Positions 30,259-41,614 are shown, counted from the stretch's first letter. The stretch: DNA of 64,000 nt from Microcoleus sp. (GCA_052279835.1 CP181291.1:3520001-3584000); one strand, 5' to 3'. The notes: generated by a model from the letters alone, not told the origin. Translations and numbers: made by a program.

Positions 30259-30696
30259 TTAGTTATTGGTGGGCTGTTCGCTGTCAGCAGGAATCTGAAA
30301 ATTCAACCAGTCTATTTGTGAGCTATCGCTCATATTATCCGTGCGATAATCATGCAATACCTCTTCCCAATTATTTACTAGAAATGCTTCTAGGTGTGCA
30401 CCTTCATCTGGGTTAAATTGTGCGGGGAATAGCAGACGATAGCCAGACCCAAAAAGTATCAGCATCCCGGCAATTGCCGCCGGGAAACGCCAATGGGAGA
30501 AACTGGGAACAATTGACCTATTTTTAGATACAATTGAACTGACGTTTTTCCGGTAGATTGGCTTTTTTTCTATCTGCTCATTCCTTTCTATTGTTGCTAA
30601 CAGCTTTAACTCTAAATCGGGCGCAGCTTCGGGACAATTTGGGCGATTTTGCTTCAAAAAATTAACTAATTTTTGGTCGCTGCTTGGGTTGTTCAT
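30259..30696 (-). CDS. putative anti-sigma factor
   Basis: Single TM; ATGA overlap with the ECF sigma gene. Confidence 0.75.
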   Translation of the reverse strand: MNNPSSDQKLVNFLKQNRPNCPEAAPDLELKLLATIERNEQIEKKPIYRKNVSSIVSKNRSIVPSFSHWRFPAAIAGMLILFGSGYRLLFPAQFNPDEGAHLEAFLVNNWEEVLHDYRTDNMSDSSQIDWLNFQIPADSEQPTNN

Positions 30697-31301
30697 AGCT
30701 CGCTGACACCTTCTTTTTGCAAAAATTGCCGCACAGCATTTCGGGCATAAAACACGCGAGATTTGACAGTTCCTGCCGGTAGTCCCAAAATTTGGGCTAC
30801 TTCTTTTTGGGGGATGTCTTCTAAGTCATGTAGCACCAAAACGCTGCGGTGTTCAAAGCTCAATTGCTGTAATCCCCGCTGCACTAAATCTTGATAGTGC
30901 AACTGCATCAATTCTGAAGTATGTTCTTTGACAACAACTAAATTGATTTCTGCTTGATTTTTGAGTTCGGCATCAAAAGAATGTTGTTTAGCAAATGCTT
31001 GTCTTTGGTCAGAAGCTACATTCCAAGTGATTCGATAAAGCCAAGTAGAAAAGTTGTCTTGGTGTTTGAGTTTGGGTAATCCTTTCCAGACTCGCAGGAA
31101 TACTTCTTGCGTTAAGTCGTCAAGCAGGGATGGCCCGCAGAGTTGGTAAAGGGTTGACCTGACTTTGTGTTGGTAGCGTTGGTAAAGGTGGCGAAAGGAA
31201 GTACGATCGCCCTTTAAGCATTCAGCAACTAAGTCTGAGTCGGAACAGTTATCGATTAAAACATTGGCTGACACACCTAACACCTGTGAAGTATCCCTCA
31301 C
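30693..31301 (-). CDS. ECF sigma-70 factor (SigH-like by operon layout)
   Basis: DLTQEVF, FSTWLYRI, GTVKSRVFYAR. Confidence 0.9.
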   Translation of the reverse strand: MRDTSQVLGVSANVLIDNCSDSDLVAECLKGDRTSFRHLYQRYQHKVRSTLYQLCGPSLLDDLTQEVFLRVWKGLPKLKHQDNFSTWLYRITWNVASDQRQAFAKQHSFDAELKNQAEINLVVVKEHTSELMQLHYQDLVQRGLQQLSFEHRSVLVLHDLEDIPQKEVAQILGLPAGTVKSRVFYARNAVRQFLQKEGVSEL

Positions 31302-31382
31302 CAGTTCGTTATCTGAGGCGTTTAGACAGGAGGTTTCCGAAAAAGGTTCAAAGGATTTAAAATTCTTTTTTTTAACTGATAT

Positions 31383-31522
31383 AACTGGTTCCCTGGCTCT
31401 GCCAACGAGTAATTTGCGGGCAGTAACTGGTTCCCTGGCTCTGCCGGGGAACCGATATCTAGAGGCTCTGCCTCGTTGGGGAAAGAGGAGGCAGAGCCAG
31501 GTAACGAGTAATTTGCGGGCAG
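31383..31522. repeat. GGCTCTGCC palindromic element with internal duplication
   Basis: TAACTGGTTCCCTGGCTCTGCC twice; AACGAGTAATTTGCGGGCAGT twice. Confidence 0.75.
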
Positions 31523-31536
31523 TCCCGATTTAAGAT

Positions 31537-32880
31537 TTACCGCAGAGTCACGAACTCTTCAGCCGTCGATGGATGGATGCCAATAGTGGCATCGAAGTCT
31601 TTCTTGGTAGCTCCCATATTAACGGCGATCGCCATGCCTTGAATAATCTCGCCAGCATCTTTCCCCACCATGTGCACGCCCAAAACTCGATCGGTATTAG
31701 TTTCAACAACTAACTTGACAAAAGTCTTCTCATCTGCACCAGTCAAAGCGTGAAACATCGGTCGAAACTTGGCTGTATAACACTTGATTGATTCGGGAAA
31801 CTTGACTCTAGCTTCCTCTTCTGTTAAGCCCACTGTCGCCGCTTCCGGCTGGGAAAATACGGCTGATGCGACATTTTCGTGACTGATGGATCTGGGGTTA
31901 TTCCCAAATTCAGTATCGGCAAAAGCACGGCCTTCGGCGATCGCAATTGGCGTTAAATTAATCCGGTTGGTGCAATCTCCAACGGCAAAAATGTGCGACT
32001 GACTGGTGCGGCTGTCTTTGGTGACAGCGATCGCACCTTTATCCGTTTCTACTCCCGCATTCTCCAAACCCAATTTTTCCAAATTGGGCGATCGTCCGGT
32101 AGCGCATAAAAGCGCGTCTACTGTCAAGGTTTCTTTCGATTCTCCCGACAAAGTTAATTTTAGGCCTTCTGGGGTTTTTTCAATTTGGGCGATCGAGCTT
32201 CCTGTCACAAAATTGATCCCATGCTTAACCATGCCTTCTTGCACGTTGGCGCGAAGTTCTTCATCGAAGTAGTGCAGAATGCGATCGCGCCGGATGATTT
32301 GAGTTACTTGACTTCCCAAACCGTTCATAATGCAAGCAAATTCAACGCCGATGTAACCTCCTCCCCAAATTGCCAACCGTTTCGGCTGCTCTTTTATCAA
32401 GAAGATTTCGCGGGAAGTAATCGCGTGTTCGATGCCAGGAATGTCCACTCTGTGAGCTTCTCCACCGACTGCAATTAAGATTTTAGCAGCCGTGTATTTT
32501 TTGTCACCAACTTCGACGGTGTGAGGGTCAATAAATTTGGCGTATCCTGAGATTAATTCAACTCCGGCTTTTTCCAGAAAGCTAATGTGCAGTTTGCTGA
32601 GTCGTCGCACTTCTGTGTCTACGCTGGTGACGAGTTTTTCCCAATCGAAACTGCTTTCTACTGGACTCCAACCGTAGCCGATCGCATCTTCGTAAAGGTG
32701 CGAAAATGTTGAGGCATAAACCATCAGTTTTTTCGGCACGCAGCCACGAATTACGCAGGTGCCCCCTACTAAGTCATTTTCGGCGATCGCCACTTTTGCC
32801 CCGTAGGATGCCGCCCGCTTGGAACTCGCCAATCCACCGGAACCCGCACCTATCACAAACAAGTCGTAATCGTATGTCAT
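31537..32880 (-). CDS. gor: glutathione reductase
   Basis: GAGSGG, GGTCVIRGCVPKK, HPSTAEEF. Confidence 0.96.
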   Translation of the reverse strand: MTYDYDLFVIGAGSGGLASSKRAASYGAKVAIAENDLVGGTCVIRGCVPKKLMVYASTFSHLYEDAIGYGWSPVESSFDWEKLVTSVDTEVRRLSKLHISFLEKAGVELISGYAKFIDPHTVEVGDKKYTAAKILIAVGGEAHRVDIPGIEHAITSREIFLIKEQPKRLAIWGGGYIGVEFACIMNGLGSQVTQIIRRDRILHYFDEELRANVQEGMVKHGINFVTGSSIAQIEKTPEGLKLTLSGESKETLTVDALLCATGRSPNLEKLGLENAGVETDKGAIAVTKDSRTSQSHIFAVGDCTNRINLTPIAIAEGRAFADTEFGNNPRSISHENVASAVFSQPEAATVGLTEEEARVKFPESIKCYTAKFRPMFHALTGADEKTFVKLVVETNTDRVLGVHMVGKDAGEIIQGMAIAVNMGATKKDFDATIGIHPSTAEEFVTLR

Positions 32881-32923
32881 AATTGTCGCTAGTTTATTAT
32901 CTCAATTTTACCAATTTTCCGCT

Positions 32924-33305
32924 AGTCCGGCAGGGACTTAAGTCCCTGCCTCAAAGGTAAAGTCCTCTAAAGAGGACTGATAAGTTTTTTAGTTTTATGC
33001 GAAAGTTGTCGGTTGAGAACTAATAAGTTCTTTAGATTTTTCCAGAAAAGCAAGTCTTGGGTACGCAGGATGCCTACCCCAGATAAATTATTAGAGATAT
33101 TTTTTAGTCCTCTTTAGAGGACTGATAAGTTTTTTAGTTTTATGCAAAAGTTGTCGGTTGAGAACTAATAAGTTCTTTAGATTTTTCCAGAAAAGCAAGT
33201 CTTGGGTACGCAGGATGCCTACCCCAGATAAATTATTAGAGATATTTTTTAGTCCTCTTTAGAGGACTTTCGCTTTGAGGCAGGGGTTTGAACCCCTGCC
33301 GGACT
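32924..33305. mobile_element. hairpin-ended element with a 145-bp internal tandem duplication
   Basis: ~55-bp imperfect TIRs AGTCCGGCAGGG...CCCTGCCGGACT; palindrome AGTCCTCTWWAGAGGACT at 32961, 33106 and 33251. Confidence 0.8.
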
Positions 33306-33448
33306 GTGGGTGTAACGAGAAGTTGAATGCGAGTTTAACGCAATTTTTGACACCAATCCCGCTGGAATTACCCTACAGTTTTTTGAGCTTCACAAATCAT
33401 TGAGAATTGCTATATTATAGAGATTAATTTATTTGTCTGGCTAGCTTT

Positions 33449-36448
33449 ATGATTGATTGGCTTGTGGTCTGGGGAGTAACGCAAGGAGTCGGCATTCTCG
33501 TCAAACCCATCTTAGAAGATTTGGCAGTAGACGGCGCGAAGGATTTAGTAAAAGATTTTTTTAAAGATTCCCTAAAAAACGTCTTATTTGGCGAAAAAGA
33601 TCCGCGACAAGTCGCAGGGGGGAAAGCCCTCAAAAAGTTTTTGGAGTTAGTCCAACAGCAGTTAAAAATCAGCGGACTTTCCCCAGAACAGATTAAGCTG
33701 TATATTAAAGATGTTAAAAAGTTTATCGGCAACAAGTCAGTTAAGGAAATTTTGGGTAAGGCCTTTGAGAGCGATCGCGAATCCCTAGATGCAGAACTTC
33801 TCGAACAAACCTGGACTCAACTAGATTTAGCTGCTTTACCAGCCAAATTTAAGTGGCAAACCATCGCCAATCAGTATCTCGCCGAAGTTCAAGAAATTCT
33901 GTTTGACTCAAAAGACTTGCGGGATATCTTGAATGCTCAAAATCTGGACAGCATTCAGAAAAACACTCAAGAAGTTGCTGGGATTATCCCCGATTTTGAT
34001 TTGAGGCAATATCAAGAGGCTTTGTGCGAACGTTACAGCAATCTGGATTTAAGCAGCGTCGATAGCAATACCTACGATTATCGCGAAAAGCTGAAAGTTT
34101 GGCAAATCTTTATTTTCCAAGATGTGCGCTTAATTTACGAGTCTTTTGTGCCGCAAGCTTACGAAATTCCCAAGGAACATCAACGGCGGTTGGAAGATAG
34201 CGATCGATTAGAGGCGATCGCACTTGAGAATTTAGAGAAATATCGACGCGGTTATTTTTCACAGCCGATCGTATCCGTGTTAGATGTCATCAATGACAAG
34301 TCAAATTATCCCTACATTGTGATTTTAGGCGATCCGGGTGCGGGCAAATCTACTCTGTTACAATATTTAGCATTAACCTGGGCGCGATCGCCTTTAAATA
34401 GCGTCACATCTCTGCCGATTCCGCTGCTCATAGAATTGCGGATTTACATTCGCAACGTGGAATCAGGACATTGTAAGAATTTCCTGGAATTTTGCCATAA
34501 AAATTCTGGTTTTATTTGTGACTTGAATCAGCATCAATTGCACGAACAACTTAAAGCCGGCGACGCTGTGGTGATGTTCGACGGATTAGATGAAATTTTC
34601 GATTCGGGGAAACGAGAAGATGTAATTACCGCGATTCATCGGTTTACCAACGAGTATCCGCGCGTGCGGGCGATAGTCACATCTCGGATTATTGGTTACA
34701 AACCTCAACGGTTGCAAGATGCAGAGTTCCATCACTTTATCCTCCAAGACTTGAATCCCGCACAAATTCAGGATTTTGTGCAGCGCTGGCATGAGTTGAC
34801 TTTTACTGATGCTAGGGAAAAAGTGCGAATTAGTCAGCGCATGAAAAAAGCCCTAGAGTATTCATCAACAATTCAAGATTTAGCCAGAAATCCCTTATTG
34901 TTAACGATTATGGCGATTTTGAATCGCAGTCAAGAATTGCCGAGAAACAGGGCAGAACTTTACAATCAAGCTTCGCGGATATTGCTTTATCAATGGGATG
35001 TGGAAAGGTCTTTAATAGAGGATAGCCGGCTCGATCCAAAAACGATTGATGCTAGAGACAAGCAAGAAATGCTGCGGCGAGTCGCTTGGGAAATGCAAGC
35101 AGCACCTGAAGGGTTGGCTGGTAATATTATTAGTGCAGAAGACTTGGAAGATATTCTGACAGCATATCTGAAGAATAAAGATTTTTACCAACCGAGAAAC
35201 CGGGCGAAGTTAATCATCAATCAACTGCGAACCCGCAATTTTATTTTATGTGATTTGGGTGCGGATAATTACGGATTTATACACCGGACTTTTTTGGAAT
35301 ATTTCTGTGCGTCGCAAGTGGTGAATCGGGTTCAGGCTTTAGAACTCTCTCTGGATGAGTTAAAAGCAGAAGTTTTCGGCCCGCACTGGGATGATGAATC
35401 TTGGCAGGAAGTTTTGTGTTTGATTGCGGGATTGATTGCTGGCAAGCTGACAGGGGAATTGATTCAATTTTTGATTGAGCAAGATGGGGAAGCCCAAAAG
35501 TTTACGAACCTGTTTTTGGCGGCGAAGTGTTTGGATGAGGTGAGGGATAGAAAGGAGATTGCTGCCGTTGACAGTCAATTGCTTGAACGCTTAAAAGAGT
35601 TAACGAAGTGCGATCTCAATTACTATTATTTGCCTGATGGAGAAGAGGAAGATTTAGTAGAGGAAATTCGCACTAATGCAGTAAGTGCGATCGCTTTTAC
35701 TTGGAAAGATGACCCGGAAACCTTACCTTGGCTCAAACAACGCGCTCAATCTGACGATAATTCGGCTGTGCGAAGTGCAGCAGTACAAGAATTAGCACGG
35801 GGGTGGAAAGATGACCCCGAAACCTTACCTTGGCTCAAACAACTGGCTCAATCTGACGATGATTCCGATGTGCGACGTGCAGCAGTACAAGAATTAGCAC
35901 GGGGGTGGAAAGATGACGCAGAAACCTTACCTATCCTCAAACAAATCGTTCAATCTGACGATAATTGGGCTGTGCGACGTGCAGCAGTCCAAGAATTAGC
36001 ACGGGGGTGGAAAGAAGACCCGGAAACCTTACCTATTTTCAAACAACTGGCTCAATCTGACGATAATTGGGCTGTGCGAGGTGCAGCAGTCCAAGAATTA
36101 GCACGGGGGTGGAAAGAAGACCCGGAAACCTTACCTATCCTCAAACAATGCGCTCAATCTGACGATAATTCGCTTGTGCGACAAGCCGCAGTCCAAGAAA
36201 TAGCACGGGCGTGGAAAGATGAGCCTGGGATATTTTAATTATTGTGCGATATTGCTATCAATGACTCATTTGAGCGCGAGTATGATTTCCAAGATAATCC
36301 CCGGCAAACCGCTCTTGCAGCTATGATTGAGCTATATTCCGATCGCCCAAAAACATTAGACATACTGCGCGATCGATTTGTCAACGATCCCGACGAAAAA
36401 GTCCGCAACTTTGCACAAAAAAAATTGACCAAACTAGACAAGCTGTGA
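33449..36448 (+). CDS. NACHT NTPase + HEAT repeats (bacterial NLR-like), in-frame stop at 36236-36238
   Basis: GDPGAGKS, FDGLDE, NPLLL, FIHRTFLEYF; five 34-aa repeats; the same frame continues 36239-36448 with a HEAT-like cap. Confidence 0.9.
35702..36211 (+). repeat. five tandem 102-bp coding repeats
   Basis: WKD/EDPETLP..KQ.AQSDD...VR.AAVQELARG at 35702, 35804, 35906, 36008 and 36110. Confidence 0.92.
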
Positions 36449-36477
36449 TCTAAACAAAAAACTGATTAAAAAGCAGA

Positions 36478-36788
36478 TTTCTCGTCACCCAACACAAGAC
36501 TCATAGAAACCCGGTTTCTCGCCCACGTTGCAGATTCCAGAAACCGGGTTTCTTCGGAGATTTCTCGTCACCCAACACAAGACTCGTAGAAACCCGGTTT
36601 CTCGCCCACGTTGCAGATTCCAGAAACCGGGTTTCTTTGTAAATTTCTCGTCACCCAACACAAGACTCGTAGAAACCCGGTTTCTCGCCCACGTTGCAGA
36701 TTCCAGAAACCGGGTTTCTTTGTAAATTTCTCCTCACCCAATACAAGACTCATAGAAACCCGGTTTCTCGCCCCCGCGCGTAAGTCTT
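36478..36788 (+). repeat. 83-bp tandem array (~3.6 copies) of the family A core ending in GCGTAAGTCTT
   Basis: Units start at 36478, 36561, 36644 and 36727. Confidence 0.9.
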
Positions 36789-36860
36789 GAAATAGTCCAA
36801 ACTTTTGATAGCTCAGAAAATAGTATAATTAAGATCGGATAGTTCTCGGAGACAACCACA

Positions 36861-37541
36861 ATGCAAGTCACGACCGAACAAATTATTTATCCATCCAGTG
36901 ACGGTCAACCAATAGCAGATAGTACAACTCAATTTGATTTAATTGTCAAAATTCAAGAAGGCTGCGAATCGCTGTTCAAACATGATCCAAACGTATTTGT
37001 AGCAGCCGATTTACTCTGGTATCCAGTTGAAGGTAGAGCAGATATTTCTCAAGCACCGGATACAATGGTAATCTTTGGTAGACCAAAGGGCGATCGGCCT
37101 TCCTATATGCAATTTCGCGAAGAGAATATTGCTCCCCAAGTCGTATTTGAGATTCGCTCTCATAACGATCGCCAAATCAAGATGTACAAAAAACTTGCAT
37201 TTTACAATCGCTATGGAGTTGAGGAATATTACCTTTACGATCCCGAAAACAAAGATTTGAGTGGTTGGCAAAGAATTGAAGGAAACTTAGAAATAATTGA
37301 GCCGATGGAGGGCTGGATTAGTCCTAGATTGGGAGTAAGATTTGAGTTGGGCGAAGATGGGCTAGAAATTTATCGGCCAGATGGACAAAGGTTTCTTTCT
37401 TATGCGGAATTGGAGGAACAGGGTGAATTAAACCGCCAGCGTGCAGAACAAGAAGCTCAAAGAGCTGAACAGGAAGCTCAAAGAGCTGAACGTTTGGCCG
37501 CCAAATTGCGGGAGTTGAATATCGATCCCGATCGCATTTAA
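36861..37541 (+). CDS. Uma2 family endonuclease, paralog of 9216-9917
   Basis: YPSSDGQP, APDTMVIFGRPKGDR, GVEEYYLYDP; AEQEAQR tail. Confidence 0.92.
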   Translation: MQVTTEQIIYPSSDGQPIADSTTQFDLIVKIQEGCESLFKHDPNVFVAADLLWYPVEGRADISQAPDTMVIFGRPKGDRPSYMQFREENIAPQVVFEIRSHNDRQIKMYKKLAFYNRYGVEEYYLYDPENKDLSGWQRIEGNLEIIEPMEGWISPRLGVRFELGEDGLEIYRPDGQRFLSYAELEEQGELNRQRAEQEAQRAEQEAQRAERLAAKLRELNIDPDRI

Positions 37542-37560
37542 GCCACAAATTGTTTAATTT

Positions 37561-37668
37561 AGGACTTACTCACCCACACCAAAAAAACCGGGTTTTTATC
37601 GTTTCCGCGCGCTCTAACGAATTATTACGTCAAAAAACCCGGTTTTTGACTACCCCTGCGTAAGTCCC
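37561..37668 (+). mobile_element. family A element
   Basis: AGGACTTACTCA...AAAACCGGGTTTTT...AAAAACCCGGTTTT...TGCGTAAGTCC. Confidence 0.8.
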
Positions 37669-37735
37669 GCAACCGTCTAAACATCGCCCTTCCACCCCCG
37701 AAAACCGCTCAGAAGTGTTAAGTTAGTAGTTAGTT

Positions 37736-38524
37736 GTGTCGATCGCACAGAAAAAAAAGATGCCTGAACTACAAACCGAGACCAAGCAAGAGTTCAACGA
37801 GGAAGTCCTCTCAAAACCAGTTATTGTCGGTCTCGAAGATATCACCAAAGTTTATGGGGTTGGCGACTTAGAAGTTCGCGCCTTAAACGGTGTCAGCTTG
37901 ACGGTGAGACAGGGAGAATATTGTGCGATTATGGGCGCATCGGGTTCTGGTAAATCTACAGCTATGAATATTATCGGTTGTCTCGATCGACCTACGAGCG
38001 GCAGTTATTACCTAGACGGCGTAGATGTGGCCCAAATGCCCGAATCAGACTTAGCCGGAATTCGGAATTTAAAATTAGGTTTTGTCTTCCAGCAATTTCA
38101 CCTGTTGTCTCAGTTAACAGCATTAGAAAATGTGATGTTACCGATGGTTTATGCGGGTGTTGCTTCAGCCGAAAGACGGGATCGGGCTGTAGACGCTTTA
38201 ACGAAGGTAGGCTTGCAAAGTCGGCTGCAAAATAAACCAAATCAACTTTCAGGAGGACAGCAGCAACGAGTGGCGATCGCGCGCGCCATAGTCAATCGTC
38301 CTGTATTATTACTTGCAGATGAACCGACTGGTGCATTGGATACGAAAACTACTCAAGAAGTAATGGATATTTTTACAGAATTTAATGAAAGTGGCATGAC
38401 AGTGGTGATGGTAACGCACGAACCGGAAGTGGCGCGCCAAACTCGGCGAGTTGTCTGGTTCCGCGATGGTCAAGTTATTCACAATAATCTAAACCCTGAA
38501 GAACTTTCACACGCGGTATTTTAA
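37736..38524 (+). CDS. ABC transporter ATP-binding protein (MacB/LolD type)
   Basis: [30 protein letters not shown]. Confidence 0.93.
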   Translation: MSIAQKKKMPELQTETKQEFNEEVLSKPVIVGLEDITKVYGVGDLEVRALNGVSLTVRQGEYCAIMGASGSGKSTAMNIIGCLDRPTSGSYYLDGVDVAQMPESDLAGIRNLKLGFVFQQFHLLSQLTALENVMLPMVYAGVASAERRDRAVDALTKVGLQSRLQNKPNQLSGGQQQRVAIARAIVNRPVLLLADEPTGALDTKTTQEVMDIFTEFNESGMTVVMVTHEPEVARQTRRVVWFRDGQVIHNNLNPEELSHAVF

Positions 38525-38543
38525 AATTTTGTGATTAGTTACA

Positions 38544-38872
38544 GCGGTTCCCGCTGCAAGAGCGACACACTTAATGAATCCTCAACATTTAATAAATTGG
38601 TTTGTTATATGGTTGACCGTTGCATGGTCATGATTTAACCTTACTAGAGCACAGAGAACACAGAGAGATCACAGAGAAATGAATAATTCCGATGAAGAGA
38701 GGAATTGATATTAATTGCTCCTCGAAGCATCCCGATTTGGGAAACACGCCTAGAGGGGCGAAGCATTCGCGTTGAAAATTTGTGATATATCTATAGGATA
38801 TGAGCGCGAATGCTTCTCCCCTACAAAAATGTGATGGACTCCGCTTTTGTACTTCATAACAGCAGGAACCGC
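38544..38872. mobile_element. degenerate MITE-like element with a nested REP-like IR
   Basis: GCGGTTCCCGCTG...CAGCAGGAACCGC ends; inner IR at 38755-38821. Confidence 0.55.
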
Positions 38873-38948
38873 CGGGCCGTAGTTGCGTGCGTTCGGTTAG
38901 TTATTATTAGTTATCTGTTACAAATAACAAATAACAAATAACCAATAA

Positions 38949-39329
38949 CTAATGAAAAGCTGTGGGAAAAGCTGTCCACACTCGATCGACAAAATCCCGA
39001 AGTTGCCTAGATGCAATCACCCCATCCTTTTTTTCAGAATCCAGAGAGTGCAACTGAGTCAATAGCGAAATGACTTCCGTATCCAAAGCAGCTCGAAACA
39101 AATTCAAAGGCCAAAGCAAATCCGCACCATCCCGCAAATCTAACAAACTGTATTCTGGGGAAAGGCGATCGCCAAAATCATCCGGTGACAAAAATACAAC
39201 TAACATTAAAGGGCGAACCCAACAAACTTGACGCGCCTCAACCACCTGAATTACCTCAGAATGCAGACACGCATCTCCACACTCTAAACTGACAATTTGA
39301 CCTGGCTTAAAGTTCAAACCAAAACCCAT
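38949..39329 (-). CDS. conserved hypothetical protein
   Basis: 126 aa; EVIQVV..RQVCWVRPL, DLLWP..LFRAALDTEV. Confidence 0.75.
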   Translation of the reverse strand: MGFGLNFKPGQIVSLECGDACLHSEVIQVVEARQVCWVRPLMLVVFLSPDDFGDRLSPEYSLLDLRDGADLLWPLNLFRAALDTEVISLLTQLHSLDSEKKDGVIASRQLRDFVDRVWTAFPTAFH

Positions 39330-39379
39330 TCATTCTCACCTACCGAACATGATGAAAAATAACCACTAACAAATAACCA

Positions 39380-40064
39380 CTAACAACTTTCATCAAGATT
39401 TTTGAGAGCCTTTTCCAAATCAGCCGTCAACAATCGCGCCTCTTTTTTGGTGCTAGCCGATTGAGCATAATCAATTACCGAAAGTGGAGAACCGATGGCA
39501 ATTTTCACCTCAGAACCCCATCGAGGAACGCGGGGGCGGTAGCGAATACTCATCGGTACAATTTTTACTCCCAAACCTGGTACACTCGACTCCGCTTGCA
39601 GTGCCAAACGAGCCAATCCAGGCTTAATCGGGTGAACTTCACCATCCTGAAAAATCCCGCCTTCGGGAAAAATGACCAACATTTCCTTGGCAATGAGCAA
39701 TTCTACGCCATAACGCAGACTGCTAATGGCGGGATGCCGGATATCCACAGCAAAACCTCCCAAATGCCTGATGAACCACCCTTGCACTCCTTTGACTTCA
39801 TCGGCTGTCACCATAAAGCGCAAATCTCGTCCAGTCACTTTTTGTCCTGTGGAATAGGGCATCATCAGGGCATCCCACCGGGAACGGTGCGTCGGTGCTA
39901 AAATTACAGGCCCGTCCTTGGGCAAGTGTTCCTGTCCCTGCGATGTGTATCTTGCCAAAATAAGACGGCAGGACAACATAGTGACCTAACGGATACAGCA
40001 AGGAAGTTAACCAAGGAGAAACGCGAGATGTATTAGATGCTACCTTGGCAGGCATTGGTTTCAC
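39380..40064 (-). pseudogene. PlsC-like acyltransferase split by a +1 frameshift (possible sequence error)
   Basis: SRVSPWLTSLLYPLG...FGKIHIAG / QEHLPKDGPVILAPTHRSRWD, FPEG; extra base in the run at ~39936-39938. Confidence 0.85.
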
Positions 40065-40279
40065 TCTTTGATGAGGTACTGGAATTAAGGGCGATGGTGG
40101 CTTTATGGCTTATACCAATTAAGCTGTTTTAGAGAGTTCTCAGGTCTAAACATAAGTTGTTTAGTACATTTTGCGTCTTTTGAGCGGGACACTTTGGCTA
40201 TTGGCATTTGGCTCATTGGGCGATCGAACACTTAAGGATCTATTATTTCAGTTAATTACACAAGTAAAATTTTTACAGT

Positions 40280-40792
40280 TTAAATTTTCCTGCGGGATTC
40301 AAACCAAGACAGCAACTGCTGACGACAAACAGACTCCATAATCCCGCCGAGCACCTCTAAGCGATGGCAAGAATAGGCGCTATCGGGAATATTCCCCGCA
40401 GTCCGAATCGTACCAGTTTTTGGGTCATCGGCTCCATAGACCAACAAACCCAGCCGAGCCTGTACAATAGCACCAGCGCACATGGGGCAAGGCTCCAGCG
40501 TGACATAAAGAGTGCATTGATGGAGATGCCAATCTTGCAAAACTTGCCCAGCCGCCCGCAGAGCCAAAATTTCAGCATGAGCTGTGGGATCGCAGTCTCG
40601 CTCTCGCCGATTTTGCGCTTGTGCAATCAACTTACCACTACCATCAACAATCACAGCACCTACGGGGACTTCACCGGCATCGCCTGCGGCAAGGGCGAGT
40701 TCCACAGCTCTACTCATCCACCGCCTGTGAATGGAATAATTACGATCGCCAATCAATAAAGGTTCTGTTTGGGAATTCACAGTATGGCACAA
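40280..40792 (-). CDS. tadA: tRNA adenosine deaminase
   Basis: GEVPVGAV, TAHAE, TLEPCPMCAGA. Confidence 0.93.
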   Translation of the reverse strand: MCHTVNSQTEPLLIGDRNYSIHRRWMSRAVELALAAGDAGEVPVGAVIVDGSGKLIAQAQNRRERDCDPTAHAEILALRAAGQVLQDWHLHQCTLYVTLEPCPMCAGAIVQARLGLLVYGADDPKTGTIRTAGNIPDSAYSCHRLEVLGGIMESVCRQQLLSWFESRRKI

Positions 40793-41008
40793 CAGGATTT
40801 GAATGTGAGAGTAATATTATACCTAGATAAATCCAAACACTTAAAGACTGAAAATACTTCAGACAACCCCACTTATGGAATATTGGGTCAGGCACAAGTA
40901 TCCTAGGGAATTAACTAAGCTTGGTGGGGAAATTTAGGGGATAGTTACGTAACTAGAAACACTTAAAATAAACAAAGCAAAGTTACACCAAAACTCGATC
41001 GGGAATAA

Positions 41009-41614
41009 TTGAAAATTATGGAAACCACTGTCATTAGCGCTGAAGTCATTGATTTGTTGTCCCGCATCAGCCGACAAAAGCTCCGTGAAGCAGATGTCAC
41101 TGGGCTGATCGTGTTCCTGGCCGCTCTAATTTCGATTCTGCGGGGAGTGATGATTATTGACAAGACCATCGCCCTGGAAGAAGAAGAAAGGTTGCAAAAA
41201 ACTCTAAAAGTATTTGCTAGCAGCGATCGCGATCGAGTAGAACTGATTCAGCGGATTGTCACTGGCATCTCAAAACAGCAAGTATATTTTAATCCCACAG
41301 AACTGCTAACCCTGACAGCATTGTTTTCAGATTCCGAAAAGCTTTTACTCATCTGCTTCGGCTACGAAATGTCAGCAGCAGACGGACGCATCGACCTCCG
41401 GGAGCAAATGTACCTAACGGCCACGGGACAGCGACTGGGCATCGACCCCAGACATATTGCCACCATAGATGCTTTATTTACCAAAGAAGGAACTGTAGAC
41501 CCCGAAGCTTTTGCGGAAGTCAAAGAACTACTGTCTCCGATCGAATTCCAGTCACGGGAGCCCGTGTTTGCCGCTTCAGCAAAGCACTTGCTTTCTCTTT
41601 TAGAGCACCAATAA
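41009..41614 (+). CDS. TerB-like domain protein
   Basis: Two TerB-like halves (MIIDKTI..EE; MSAADGRID.RE). Confidence 0.75.
   Translation: MKIMETTVISAEVIDLLSRISRQKLREADVTGLIVFLAALISILRGVMIIDKTIALEEEERLQKTLKVFASSDRDRVELIQRIVTGISKQQVYFNPTELLTLTALFSDSEKLLLICFGYEMSAADGRIDLREQMYLTATGQRLGIDPRHIATIDALFTKEGTVDPEAFAEVKELLSPIEFQSREPVFAASAKHLLSLLEHQ

Noticed and set aside
32961..33268. CRISPR-like palindrome/spacer array
   Set aside because: An 18-bp repeat with two almost identical 127-bp spacers inside terminal inverted repeats.
35702..36211. Diversity-generating retroelement TR/VR
   Set aside because: No reverse transcriptase in the window; the repeats are tandem coding units and the differences are not confined to adenines.
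36478..36788. CRISPR array
   Set aside because: The would-be spacers are near-identical, the period is a plain 83-bp tandem, and no cas genes are present.
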